Part shown: positions 36,135 to 45,659 of the stretch, one piece after another
Position numbering within the stretch: the first letter of the stretch is position 1
How the letters are laid out: every line of letters starts with the position of its first letter
Source of the DNA: Bacillota bacterium
Lineage (GTDB): Bacteria; Bacillota; Desulfotomaculia; Desulfotomaculales; Nap2-2B
Direction: 5' to 3'
DNA length: 64,000 nucleotides
NCBI GenBank assembly: GCA_040755975.1
Contig: JBFLZY010000005.1
Coordinates: forward strand, 3,526-67,525
Program-made: the position numbers and the translations under genes
The notes under the pieces: model-generated
Databases searched by the model: none
What the model was told of the DNA's origin: nothing
What the model saw: only the letters and a program-made list of their open reading frames with translations

Positions 36135-37490
36135 ATGGCAACCATCGCACCAATAAAGGGATTGCGCTATGCAGCCAAGGCCGGTCCAATGAACCGTCTC
36201 GTCACCCCCCCCTACGACGTTATTGATCAGGACGCGCAGGATAAGTATTACCGCCGCCACCCCTACAACATTATTCGCCTGGAATACGGGAAAATTTACC
36301 CTGCCGACGACGAACAAAATAACCGGTACACGCGGGCGGCGGCGGATTTTAAAACCTGGCAACAAGCAGGTATTCTGGTAAGGGAGCCGGTTCCGGCCCT
36401 GTACCGCTACGAACAAAAGTTTACCCACGCCGGCCAATTAAAAACCCGCCGGGGTTTAATCTGCGGCGTAAAGCTGGAACCCTACGAAAAAGGGGTAGTC
36501 CTGCCCCACGAAGAAACCCTGCCCAAACACAAGGCCGACCGTTTGGCTCTAATGCTTGCCTGCCGGGCTAATTTCAGCCCTATTTTTGGTCTCTTCGCCG
36601 ATCAGGAAAAAATTGTGGAACAAGATCTGGCAAACGCCGGCAAGCGTTCTCCGGACGTTTCCTTCACCGACGAAAACGGTCAGCAGCATGATTTATGGGT
36701 AATCACGGAGCCGGAAACAATTACCCGGGTGCAGCAGGCCATGACCAGTAAACGCATTTACATAGCCGACGGCCACCACCGTTACGAAACCGCTCTTCAC
36801 TATCGAAACGAACGCCGGGAACAAGAAAAAATCATTAATGAATGGGAACAGCCCTACGACTATGTCTTGATGACCCTGGTCAACCTTTACGACCCTGGTC
36901 TGGTGATCCTGCCCACCCACCGGCTGGTCCGCAACGTGCCGGACCTGGACATGGGAAGACTGCTCGCCGGCATAGAAGAAAATTTCCGGATAGAAACTTT
37001 TTCGTTGCCCGCGGACTTGCAAGCGTTCCGGAAAACACTGCAAGAACGGGGGAAAGTCATCCCCAACGCGTCCGGAAAATCTTCCGGACCGGCCCGCCGC
37101 CCCCATGCCTTTGGCCTGTACGGCGGAGGCGAAACGATCCACATATTGACTTTGAAGGAAGCAACTGCTCCGGATCAACGAAACGGCGACAAGCACTCCC
37201 CCGCCCGGCAAGATCTGGATGTCACCGTGCTGCACACTTTAATCCTGGATAAGCTTCTGGGCATCGGGGAAGAACAGTTAGCCGGGGAAGGTCACGTAGC
37301 ATATACCAGGGAAGAGGAAAAAGCACTGGCGGCGGTGGCCGACGGCCGGTATCAGCTGGCGTTTTTCCTGAACCCCCCAATGGTGGAAGAGGTTATTGCA
37401 GTGGCCGCCCGGGGGGAGAAAATGCCTCAAAAATCTACTTATTTTTACCCGAAGCTGATCACCGGTCTGGTGATTAACCCCCTGGATTAA
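36135..37490 (+). CDS. DUF1015-family protein
   Basis: ATG at 36135 follows GGGAGGAAG and gives MATIAPIKGLRY... The motif IADGHHRYETAL is the hallmark I recall for DUF1015. Confidence 0.7.
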   Translation: MATIAPIKGLRYAAKAGPMNRLVTPPYDVIDQDAQDKYYRRHPYNIIRLEYGKIYPADDEQNNRYTRAAADFKTWQQAGILVREPVPALYRYEQKFTHAGQLKTRRGLICGVKLEPYEKGVVLPHEETLPKHKADRLALMLACRANFSPIFGLFADQEKIVEQDLANAGKRSPDVSFTDENGQQHDLWVITEPETITRVQQAMTSKRIYIADGHHRYETALHYRNERREQEKIINEWEQPYDYVLMTLVNLYDPGLVILPTHRLVRNVPDLDMGRLLAGIEENFRIETFSLPADLQAFRKTLQERGKVIPNASGKSSGPARRPHAFGLYGGGETIHILTLKEATAPDQRNGDKHSPARQDLDVTVLHTLILDKLLGIGEEQLAGEGHVAYTREEEKALAAVADGRYQLAFFLNPPMVEEVIAVAARGEKMPQKSTYFYPKLITGLVINPLD

Positions 37491-39095
37491 TTAAGACAAG
37501 AAAGGCTTTTTGCGGAGAAGGCCGAAGACGAGCTCCATTTCTTTGACCCTAAACAGCCGGCAGCACAAAGCGTAAACCAGAGCGCCGCCGGCAATTAAAA
37601 CAACGAGGCGCAATCCCTGCAGCACAAAACCCCCCGGTCCGCCGTCCCCGGCAAGGCCCAACCGGATCAGCACAGCCGTCCAGCCGGCGGCCTCCAGACC
37701 GCAAACAGCAAGCCACCGGACTACCACCCCCATGCAAAGGGTGGCCGCCATAATGCGCGCGGTTTCCCGCAACAAATGCAGGCCGCCGATGTGCCCCAGA
37801 CGGCGGCGCAGGAAAATAAACAACAGCAGGCAGGCTAAGACGGCAGCCAGCGAGGAGGCCAGAGCCAACCCCCCGTGCGCCAGATAACGGACCAGGATGA
37901 GGTTTAAGACAACGTTGCTGATTACGGCGGCCACGCCTGTCCACATCGGGGTCACGGTGTCCTGGAGAGCGTAAAAAGCCCTGTTGAGCAAATCGCGCCA
38001 GACCAGAAAAATCAAGCCCGGCGAATAAAAAAACAGCGCGATTGCGGTCATCCAGGTATCGTTGGCGTCAAAAGCGCCGCGTTGGAAAAGGAACTGGACG
38101 AGATCTTGCCTTAAGACGATTAATCCGGCAGTTAAAGGAAGAATCAAAAAAGCCAACAGGGTGGCGCCGCGTCCCAACGCTCTCCGCAAGCCATCAAGAT
38201 CGGCAAGCGCCGTTCTCTCGGTCAGCGATGGATACAAAACGGTAATCAGGGGAACGGCAAAGAGCCCCTGCGCAATGCCCAAGGCCCGCTGCGCGTAGCT
38301 CAGCGCCGAGATGCTCCCTTCCGCCAGGCCGGAGGCCAGCATCCGGTCGACGACTATATTTAACTGGTTGGCCCCTACGCCCACGATCACCGGTCCGGCC
38401 AGCAAAAGCATTCGGCGTAAAGCAGGGTGGCGCCAGTGCCACGTCCAGCGATAGGCAATTCCGTGCCGATACAACGCCGGCACCTGGATGAAAAACTGGC
38501 TGACCGTAGCCAGCACCGTCGCCCAGGCTACGCCGGCAATACCCCCGAAGGTGCCGGCGAGAAAGATGCCGCCGATCATAATCAGGTTGTATGGAATGCC
38601 CATTAAGGCCGGCATTGTAAAATGCTGATGAGCATTGAGCACTCCTTGCGCCCAGCCCACCAGCCCCATCAGGATCACCATGGGCAGCATTATCCTGACC
38701 AGCCCGACAGTTAAAGAAGCCTGAGCGGAGGAAAAGCCGGGGGCCAGTATTTTCACCAGCCACGGGGCCAGCGGCAAACCGATCAAAACCACCGCCGCAA
38801 AAACAACCAGCAGAACGTGAAAAGTTGCCCAGATGATTCCGCCCAAGTCCCCGCGCTTTTCCGGCCGGTGGATATACTCACTGAAAACCGGGATGCCCAC
38901 GGTGGTGATGGTGCTGCCCACAATCCCGAAAAGGACCGCCGGAATAATCAAGGCCACCAGGTAGGCATCGGTAACCGCGCTGGCCCCGAAAACCGCGGCC
39001 AGCGCCATTTCCCGGCCAAAACCCAGGATTTTGCTGAAAATTGTCGCTCCCGTCACGATCGCCGTGGCGCGGGCAATTTTTCCTCCGTCCAGCAC
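37491..39095 (-). CDS. murJ: lipid II flippase MurJ (MviN)
   Basis: GTG at 39095 follows GGGAGGAAAG. 534 aa with about 14 TM helices. The N-terminal pattern ATIFSKILGFGREMALAAVFG is typical of MurJ. Confidence 0.85.
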   Translation of the reverse strand: MLDGGKIARATAIVTGATIFSKILGFGREMALAAVFGASAVTDAYLVALIIPAVLFGIVGSTITTVGIPVFSEYIHRPEKRGDLGGIIWATFHVLLVVFAAVVLIGLPLAPWLVKILAPGFSSAQASLTVGLVRIMLPMVILMGLVGWAQGVLNAHQHFTMPALMGIPYNLIMIGGIFLAGTFGGIAGVAWATVLATVSQFFIQVPALYRHGIAYRWTWHWRHPALRRMLLLAGPVIVGVGANQLNIVVDRMLASGLAEGSISALSYAQRALGIAQGLFAVPLITVLYPSLTERTALADLDGLRRALGRGATLLAFLILPLTAGLIVLRQDLVQFLFQRGAFDANDTWMTAIALFFYSPGLIFLVWRDLLNRAFYALQDTVTPMWTGVAAVISNVVLNLILVRYLAHGGLALASSLAAVLACLLLFIFLRRRLGHIGGLHLLRETARIMAATLCMGVVVRWLAVCGLEAAGWTAVLIRLGLAGDGGPGGFVLQGLRLVVLIAGGALVYALCCRLFRVKEMELVFGLLRKKPFLS

Positions 39096-39231
39096 TTTTG
39101 CTTTCCTCCCGGTTTATTTTACCTTACCGGATCGTCCTCGACAAGCCGGGGAAAAATTAAACTTCCGGAAGGATTAATTTCTTCTTTGCAGAATTAGTTT
39201 ATACATAAGCTAAGGAAAGGGGGAAGACAAA

Positions 39232-40026
39232 ATGCCGGAAAAGTTAACCCCGCTGAGTGAAACCCGGAAATTTTTTCCAAACGGCAGCACCATCGCCATC
39301 GGCGGCCAGTCTGTCTTCTTAAACCCCATGGGTTTAATTAAAGAATTAATCAAAAGCGGCTGCAGCTCCTTAAAGCTCGTTGCTTCCCCGGTGGGCGGGC
39401 TTGGTATAGACCTTTTGATCGGCGCGGACCTGGTTGAGTCTGTAGAGTTCGCCCAAATAAGTTTATGGGAATACGGTCTGGCCCCCAACATGAGGCGCTA
39501 CGCAGAAAGCGGCCGGATCAAAACCAGAGAACACGCCTGAACGAGTTTTTTTGCCGGGCTCCAGGCTGGAGCCATCGGTTTGCCTTTCCTGCCCGTCCGC
39601 GGCCTGATCGGCACCGACTACCTGCGCATCCGCCCGGATTTTAAAGTCATCAAAAATCCTTACGGAGAGGACGACCTGGTCGCCATTCCGGCAATCAAGC
39701 CGGACTTGCTGCTGATGCACGCTTACAAAGCAGACCCGGCCGGCAACGTGATGACCGACAAGCGGGAAAGCGACCCCCTGCTGGCCAGGGCGGCAGAGCG
39801 CACCATCGCTGCGGTGGAGGAAGTCGTTCCCGCTTTAGAACCGGAGGCAGACAAAATTATTATCCCCGGTATTTACATCGACGCCGTCGTGCATTTGCCC
39901 GGCGGGGCGAAACCGACGGCCTGCCCGGGATACTACGAAATCAATGACGAAGAGATCCGGCGCTACCTGCAGGCGGCCAAAACGCCGGAAACTTTCCGCC
40001 GGTACCTGGAAGAGCTTCTTGCTTAA
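39232..40026 (+). CDS. CoA-transferase subunit A (glutaconate CoA-transferase-like) interrupted by a single in-frame TGA at 39538-39540
   Basis: Track ORFs 39232..39540 and 39580..40026 are in the same frame. Read-through gives ...IKTREHA-[TGA]-TSFFAGLQAGAIGLPFLPVRGLIGTDY..., a continuous subunit-A-like sequence. This is either a Sec codon or a nonsense mutation. Confidence 0.6.
39554..39578 (+). other. hairpin 16 nt downstream of the in-frame TGA (SECIS-like candidate)
   Basis: CCG-GGCTCC-AGGCU-GGAGCC-AU-CGG: a perfect 6-bp upper stem, a 5-nt loop containing GG, and a 3-bp lower stem with a 2-nt bulge. Confidence 0.3.
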
Positions 40027-40042
40027 GCCGGAGGTGAAAAAT

Positions 40043-40771
40043 ATGTCTGAACTGGCCTATACCCCTGAAGAGTTAATGGCCGTGCTGATCAGCCGGGAAG
40101 TGCGCGACTTCGAGCGGGTCGGAGTAGGTACCATTTCCCCCGTGGTGGCCGCCGGATGCATTCTGGCCCACAACACGCACGCCCCCAACGCCACCCTGGC
40201 CATCTGGCGGTTCAACGAATACTGGCCCTTTACGGAAGGGATGAAAGAATTATTCGATTACGGCCAACGCGGCAAGCTTGACTTATTTTTCTTCAGCGGC
40301 GCGCAAATCGACCAGTACGGCAACACAAACCTGGTCGCCATCGGGGATTACAACCACCCCAAGGTCAGACTGCCCGGCGGGGCGGGATCGGGAACCTTGT
40401 CTTATACCGTCCCCCGCATTATATTATTCCAGACTAACCACTCCAAACGGACATTCGTTGAAAAAGTAGATTTTATCACCGCAACGAATAATCCGCCGCC
40501 AAACGTGTACCGCCGGGGGAAATTTACCAAATGCATTACGCCGCTGGCCGTATTAAACTTTGCGGGCGAAAAGCCCGTATTGGAGGCCGTCAACCCCGGC
40601 GCAACGGTGCAGCAGGTAGTGGAGAACACGGGCTTCACCCTGGTCATCCCCGCCCGGGTGCGCACAACCCCGCCGCCAACCGAAGAAGAATTACAGGTCT
40701 TGCGCAATGTTGTGAAAGAAAAGGTGCAAACCGTTTACCCCGAGTTTTGCGCCACCGCTTTTCGTAATTAA
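40043..40771 (+). CDS. CoA-transferase subunit B (GctB-like)
   Basis: ATG at 40043 follows GGAGGTG and gives MSELAYTPEELMAV... It contains ...QIDQYGNTN... and GGAGSG, typical of beta subunits. Confidence 0.75.
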   Translation: MSELAYTPEELMAVLISREVRDFERVGVGTISPVVAAGCILAHNTHAPNATLAIWRFNEYWPFTEGMKELFDYGQRGKLDLFFFSGAQIDQYGNTNLVAIGDYNHPKVRLPGGAGSGTLSYTVPRIILFQTNHSKRTFVEKVDFITATNNPPPNVYRRGKFTKCITPLAVLNFAGEKPVLEAVNPGATVQQVVENTGFTLVIPARVRTTPPPTEEELQVLRNVVKEKVQTVYPEFCATAFRN

Positions 40772-40863
40772 GGATATTTTCCATAATATACCATATCTTG
40801 ACTTGCTTCGCAACTGATGATAAAGTTTAATTACGTTAAATTTTTGGGAGGAAGGTAAAAATC

Positions 40864-41007
40864 ATGCCGGTAGACTGGAGCCCTTTTTATGCCGCCTTAT
40901 TGGTTGTCGGTTTGCTCGGCGCCCTGGCGGGGATTTTTGCCCGGCCAATAAACCGCATCATGGAAAAGGTTGAAGAAAAAGCGTCGGGAAGAACCATTCA
41001 TTCTTAA
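40864..41007 (+). CDS. unlisted small membrane protein, 47 aa (MPVDWSPFYAALLVVGLLGALAGIFARPINRIMEKVEEKASGRTIHS)
   Basis: ATG lies 9 nt after GGGAGGAAGG. One TM helix. Below the length cut-off of the ORF track. Confidence 0.4.
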   Translation: MPVDWSPFYAALLVVGLLGALAGIFARPINRIMEKVEEKASGRTIHS

Positions 41008-41058
41008 TATATAATCCCGGATAAGGAGAATCACTTATCCCCCTTGGGGAAAAATGTA

Positions 41059-42057
41059 ATGCTTGAACTTCTTTGGCGAGGCAAGCTAAGGGTTATCCTG
41101 GGGACTTTGTTCATCGTTTTTGGTCTCTTATCTTCCGCAGCCTGTTTCCTGGTTAATTATCTCTCCACTAAACCGACAATCCTCCAGGAAATTAACGAAA
41201 CAAGGTTAATCGCTTGCGCTGTATTGGGCGTAGTTATAACAGCGCTATTACTCCTGTTTTCGTTTTTTCTTCTTCGTCAAATTTCAAAATTTATCGACGA
41301 ATTACGACAAAGCATCGAGCAAATTACGGCGGGCAACTTTGGTATTTCCTGCCAGCCATCCTATTTTGCTGAACTCGATCAACTCCTGGAAAGCTTCAAT
41401 GCCATGTCTTATTACCTTGTTTTTACCTATCGAAAGCTGGTGAACCAAATTAATACGCTGGAAAAGCAAAACGAGCAAGCGCAAGCCGCCCATCAAAACG
41501 TAGTGAAGAACAACCTCAAACTCAAGGAATTGATCATGCAGGATCCCCTCACGGGGGTATTTAACCGGCGCTACCTGATGCAGCAGCTGTACCGCCAGGT
41601 TAATTTTTCCATCAGGCACAAACAACCGATGGCCGTTCTCTTTATTGACATCGACTACTTTAAGGACATAAACGATACCTACGGCCACCAGGTTGGGGAC
41701 GAGATCTTAAGAGAGTTTGTCCGGCTTTTGATGCTGGCCATCCGCAGCACGGACATCCTGACTAGGTACGGAGGAGAGGAATTTATTATCCTGGCTCCGC
41801 AGACGGACCTGGACAACGCCACCCGGCTGGCGGAAAGAATCCGGGAAACCATCGCCACCAATGCCTTCCGCACGAATAAAGGGACCATCCATTTTACCGT
41901 AAGCGTAGGTGTTTCCACATTCAAAGGCGAGGAAACGAAAGAACCAGGGGCAATCGTGGAAAAACTGCTGAACTTAGCGGACCGCCGCTGCTACGAAGCA
42001 AAAGCAAAGGGGCGCAACCAGGTGAATATTATGTGCTTAGAAGACACAGTAAGATAA
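41059..42057 (+). CDS. membrane-bound diguanylate cyclase (2 TM + HAMP-like linker + GGDEF)
   Basis: GGEEF active site, RxxD-type region, and two N-terminal TM helices. The start could be ATG 41059 or TTG 41044. Confidence 0.8.
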   Translation: MLELLWRGKLRVILGTLFIVFGLLSSAACFLVNYLSTKPTILQEINETRLIACAVLGVVITALLLLFSFFLLRQISKFIDELRQSIEQITAGNFGISCQPSYFAELDQLLESFNAMSYYLVFTYRKLVNQINTLEKQNEQAQAAHQNVVKNNLKLKELIMQDPLTGVFNRRYLMQQLYRQVNFSIRHKQPMAVLFIDIDYFKDINDTYGHQVGDEILREFVRLLMLAIRSTDILTRYGGEEFIILAPQTDLDNATRLAERIRETIATNAFRTNKGTIHFTVSVGVSTFKGEETKEPGAIVEKLLNLADRRCYEAKAKGRNQVNIMCLEDTVR

Positions 42058-42138
42058 ATTTTTGCATTAACTTTGTATTGATGGTATACTTGATGTATAA
42101 TAAATTTATCTTTTTAGTCCTGAAGAGGTGTTTTCTGG

Positions 42139-42987
42139 TTGTTGGCCTGGAAAAAATACATTGCGGCCACCATGGTCGTCATGTTGATTGGCGGCCTATC
42201 GGGATGCGCGGCGATAAAAGAAAGAACAACTAAAAAAGCCCACATCGAGTCAAACCAGGAACCGTTGAACGTAGCTGTCTATTACGTCAAAATTCACAAC
42301 CAGGAGGAATACCTGGTCAGAGAAATCCACCGCCTTCCTTATACAACGGACAGCCTGAAAGCGGCGGCCCAGGAATTAATCCAGGGCCGGCCGTTAACAA
42401 AAGGCGCCGAAAAGATTTTTCCTCCCGGAACAAAAATACTTGGCCTAACCGTCGAAAACGGGCTGGCCACCGTCAATTTTTCCCGGGAAGTGCTTTCGGC
42501 CAGTGTCGGCTCGGAAGGAGAAGCCCTGGGCATCCAGAGCATGGTGAACACGTTAACGGAATTTCCGGAAATCCGGGCGGTTTCCTTTCAGGTGGAAGGC
42601 AAGCTGGATAACCGGACAAAAGACTGGTGGGGCCACGTCGGTTTATATAACCAACCCTTTCACAGAGACCTCTCCAAAGTATACGAGCCCGCCATCTGGG
42701 TGACCCACCCGGCGGAAAACCAGTTAATCAGCATCCCCCTGCTGGTAAAAGGCAACGCTAGAGTATTTGAAGGCACCGTTTACGTCAGGCTGGTGGACAA
42801 AAACGGGAAGGTCCTCGCCGAAGGCCATACCACCGCGTTAAAAGGCGCCCCTGAACGCGGCGATTTCGAGTTGCGATTGAAATTCGAACCGCCTCCGGCC
42901 GGGCAGGGTTTTCTTGAAGTCTTTGAGAAAAGCGCCAAAGACGGGAGCGAACTCAATAAAGTAACCGTGCCGGTAAGGTGGCAGTAG
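42139..42987 (+). CDS. GerMN + Gmad2 Ig-like domain lipoprotein (spore germination/sporulation associated)
   Basis: Lipobox LIGGLSGC. GerMN-like central region (LTVENGLATVNFSREV...). C-terminal Gmad2-like beta domain (VKGNARVFEGTVYVRLVD...GDFELRLKF). Confidence 0.7.
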   Translation: MLAWKKYIAATMVVMLIGGLSGCAAIKERTTKKAHIESNQEPLNVAVYYVKIHNQEEYLVREIHRLPYTTDSLKAAAQELIQGRPLTKGAEKIFPPGTKILGLTVENGLATVNFSREVLSASVGSEGEALGIQSMVNTLTEFPEIRAVSFQVEGKLDNRTKDWWGHVGLYNQPFHRDLSKVYEPAIWVTHPAENQLISIPLLVKGNARVFEGTVYVRLVDKNGKVLAEGHTTALKGAPERGDFELRLKFEPPPAGQGFLEVFEKSAKDGSELNKVTVPVRWQ

Positions 42988-42993
42988 ATTCGG

Positions 42994-43021
42994 TCGTTAG
43001 TCGTCAGAGGTCAGAAATCAG
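42994..43021. repeat. four tandem heptamers (TCGTTAG TCGTCAG AGGTCAG AAATCAG)
   Basis: Read directly. Located a few nt after the gerM-like stop codon. Confidence 0.5.
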
Positions 43022-43082
43022 AACCATTTCTTTGGAGTTTCTTTTGTGAACATGCATTCTCTCCATAACCAATGAAAATAGA

Positions 43083-43321
43083 GGGCTGGAATTTATCCGG
43101 GCGAGCGACATATGCGAAGGGCCGGTAACGAAACACGGCGCAGGTGAGGCAAGCGAACCGGCAGCGCAATTGAGAAGTGAGATGCGAGAAGTTGGAGGTG
43201 GGATTTAAAATTCTCACTTCTAACCTCTCGCCTCTCACCTCTCAATTGCTTGGTTCGCTCCGAACCAAGCCGCTGTTTCGTCGGCCCGGAGCATCGGAGC
43301 GAGCCGGATAAATTCCAGCCC
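43083..43321. repeat. ~240-bp imperfect palindromic element with perfect 18-bp terminal inverted repeats and heptamer-unit inner arms (MITE/REP-like)
   Basis: GGGCTGGAATTTATCCGG (43083-43100) is the exact reverse complement of CCGGATAAATTCCAGCCC (43304-43321). The inner arms GAGAAGTGAGATGCGAGAAGTTGGAGGTG / CACTTCTAACCTCTCGCCTCTCACCTCTC pair when G-U pairs are allowed. Confidence 0.75.
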
Positions 43322-43366
43322 GATGGGAAATGATGGCAGAAAGCTATTTTCGAGGAGATAGATCGT

Positions 43367-43537
43367 ATGACAACGAAAAGCAGAACAATAAAAAAAGTTG
43401 CGGTTCCGGAAAAACCGCCGGGCGAAACGAACGAGCAACTGGTCCGGCGGGTGAAAAGGGATATGCTCTGGGTTTTGGTAAGCAGCCTGGTGGCGATGGG
43501 GCTGGGGTTGGCCGCCGGCCGGCTGATCAAATTTTAA
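43367..43537 (+). CDS. unlisted small membrane protein, 56 aa (MTTKSRTIKKVAVPEKPPGETNEQLVRRVKRDMLWVLVSSLVAMGLGLAAGRLIKF)
   Basis: ATG lies 9 nt after GAGGAG. One C-terminal TM helix. It is in a different frame from the 70-aa track ORF, which lacks an RBS. Confidence 0.4.
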   Translation: MTTKSRTIKKVAVPEKPPGETNEQLVRRVKRDMLWVLVSSLVAMGLGLAAGRLIKF

Positions 43538-43538
43538 C

Positions 43539-45563
43539 CTAACCCGCTTCTTCAGTAACCGGCAGCAGCCGGCTGTCTCTTCCCTGCAGCTCCAGGCGCA
43601 ATTCAATGAGCAAATCCCGCAGCTCGGCGGCCCGTTCAAATTCCAGGTGCCGGGCGCATTCCCGCATTTCCTTTTCCAGCCTGGCGATCATCTGCCGGAG
43701 CTCTTTTTTGGTCCGTTTTGCTTTTTTCGCTCCCTGCTCGACCGAAACAACCGGTTTTTGGTGGACGGGCCGGGTGGCCTCAATAATTTCGCGCACGGCT
43801 TTCTGAACCGTCTGCGGGGTAATCCCGTTCTGGCGATTATACTCCATCTGCAAACGGCGGCGGCGCTCCGTTTCTTCTATAGCCGTGCGCATGGAAGCGG
43901 TTACCTGGTCGGCGTACATAATCACCTTCCCTTCCACGTTGCGCGCCGCCCGGCCGATGGTTTGAATAAGGGAGCGCTCTGAACGCAGATAACCCTCTTT
44001 GTCGGCGTCCAGAATGGCTACCAGGCTGACTTCCGGCAAATCAAGCCCTTCCCGCAGCAAGTTGATCCCCACGAGCACATCAAAGGTGCCCAGGCGCAAG
44101 TCCCGGATGATTTCCATCCGCTCGATGGCGTTGATGTCCGAATGCATGTAACGGACCTTAATCCCCACCCCGCGCAAATAATCGGTCAGGTCCTCGGCCA
44201 TTTTTTTGGTCAGGGTGGTGATCAGCACCCTCTGTTTTTTGGCCACCCGGCCGCGGATTTCGCCCAGCAGGTCATCGATTTGCCCCCTGGTCGGGCGGAC
44301 GGACAACTCCGGGTCCACCAGCCCCGTCGGCCGGATGATTTGTTCCACCACCTGCCGGCTGTGCGCCAGTTCGTAAGGCCCGGGGGTGGCGGAAACAAAG
44401 ATCGCCTGGTTAATCCGCCGTTCGAACTCAGCGAACGTCAGCGGCCGGTTGTCAAAGGCGCTGGGGAGCCGGAAGCCGTACTCCACCAGGGCGGCTTTCC
44501 GCGACCGGTCCCCTTCGTACATCCCTCTGACCTGCGGGAGGGCCACGTGAGATTCGTCAACAAACAGCAAAAAGTCGTCCGGAAAATAATCGATTAAGGT
44601 ATACGGGGGCTCCCCCGGCGCGCGCCCCGTAAGGTGCCGGGAATAGTTTTCAATCCCCTTGCAATACCCCATCTCCCGCATCATCTCGATTTCGAAGCCA
44701 ACCCGTTGCTCCAGGCGTTGGGCTTCCAGCAGTTTACCCTGGCTGCGCAGTTCCGCCAGGCGCCCGGCCAGTTCTTCTTCAATCGCGGCGATGGCCCGCT
44801 CCATCCGGGGGCGCGAAACCGTGTAGTGACTGGCCGGAAAAATCGAAACGTGCTGGCGCTCGCCCAAAACTTCCCCGGTGAGCACGTCGAATTCCAAAAT
44901 ACGCTCGATCTCGTCGCCAAAGAAATCCAGCCGGATCGCGCGGTCGGTGTACGAGGCGGGATATACTTCAATAACGTCGCCCAAGACGCGAAACGTCCCG
45001 CGCTTAAAATCAACGTTGTTCCGCTGGTACTGGATGTCCACCAGCTTGCGCAAGACGGCATCCCGGTCGTAAACCTGGCCGCAGCGCAGGGAAACAACCA
45101 GATCCCTGTACTCGCCCGGGTCGCCCAGGCCGTAAATGCAGGATACGCTGGCCACGATGATCACGTCCCGGCGCTCAAAAAGGGCGCAGGTGGCCGAGTG
45201 GCGCAATTTGTCTATTTCGTCGTTAATGGAGGAATCCTTTTCGATATAGGTGTCCGTTTGGGGAATGTAAGCCTCCGGCTGATAATAATCATAGTAACTG
45301 ATAAAATATTCAACCGCATTATCCGGGAAAAATTCTTTAAACTCGCTGCAGAGCTGGGCGGCCAGCGCCTTGTTCGGCGCCAGAACCAGCGTAGGGCGCT
45401 GAACGGTGGCAATCACCTGGGCCATCGTGTAAGTCTTCCCGCTGCCCGTCACTCCCAACAACGTTTGCATTCTATAACCCCGCCTGAGGCCCTCCACCAG
45501 GGCGGCAATGGCCTGGGGCTGGTCTCCTTTGGGTTCAAAATCCGATTTCAAACGAAAGCGCAT
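43539..45563 (-). CDS. uvrB: excinuclease ABC subunit B
   Basis: GVTGSGKT Walker A, DESH box, C-terminal UVR domain ([11 protein letters not shown]). The ATG at 45563 follows GGGAGAG. Confidence 0.95.
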   Translation of the reverse strand: MRFRLKSDFEPKGDQPQAIAALVEGLRRGYRMQTLLGVTGSGKTYTMAQVIATVQRPTLVLAPNKALAAQLCSEFKEFFPDNAVEYFISYYDYYQPEAYIPQTDTYIEKDSSINDEIDKLRHSATCALFERRDVIIVASVSCIYGLGDPGEYRDLVVSLRCGQVYDRDAVLRKLVDIQYQRNNVDFKRGTFRVLGDVIEVYPASYTDRAIRLDFFGDEIERILEFDVLTGEVLGERQHVSIFPASHYTVSRPRMERAIAAIEEELAGRLAELRSQGKLLEAQRLEQRVGFEIEMMREMGYCKGIENYSRHLTGRAPGEPPYTLIDYFPDDFLLFVDESHVALPQVRGMYEGDRSRKAALVEYGFRLPSAFDNRPLTFAEFERRINQAIFVSATPGPYELAHSRQVVEQIIRPTGLVDPELSVRPTRGQIDDLLGEIRGRVAKKQRVLITTLTKKMAEDLTDYLRGVGIKVRYMHSDINAIERMEIIRDLRLGTFDVLVGINLLREGLDLPEVSLVAILDADKEGYLRSERSLIQTIGRAARNVEGKVIMYADQVTASMRTAIEETERRRRLQMEYNRQNGITPQTVQKAVREIIEATRPVHQKPVVSVEQGAKKAKRTKKELRQMIARLEKEMRECARHLEFERAAELRDLLIELRLELQGRDSRLLPVTEEAG

Positions 45564-45659
45564 GATCATCACTCTCCCGGATTCTCGGTGCAGCGCGCTC
45601 CGGTGGTCAAGTTCGCCGCAACAATCCACCGACATTATACCATAAATGAACCACTTTGC

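Noticed and set aside
37488-37493. Back-to-back stop codons TAATTA of the DUF1015 gene and murJ as a special signal
   Set aside because: This is simply two convergent genes abutting. No hairpin or repeat is present, so it is probably incidental.
39580-40026. Treating 39580..40026 as an independent 148-aa gene
   Set aside because: It is in the same frame as 39232..39540. The conserved subunit-A sequence (AGLQAGAIGLPFLP) begins before its nominal start codon, and no RBS is present.
42033-42233. 66-aa ORF overlapping the end of the GGDEF gene and the start of the gerM-like gene
   Set aside because: It lies in an AT-rich intergenic/promoter region and overlaps two supported genes.
43011-43639. 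ORFs 43011..43238, 43093..43530, 43235..43639 (-) and 43330..43542 (+)
   Set aside because: They run through the 240-bp palindromic element (e.g. RGERLEVRILN from heptamer units) or lack an RBS. The 56-codon frame at 43367 is a better candidate for the only real gene here.
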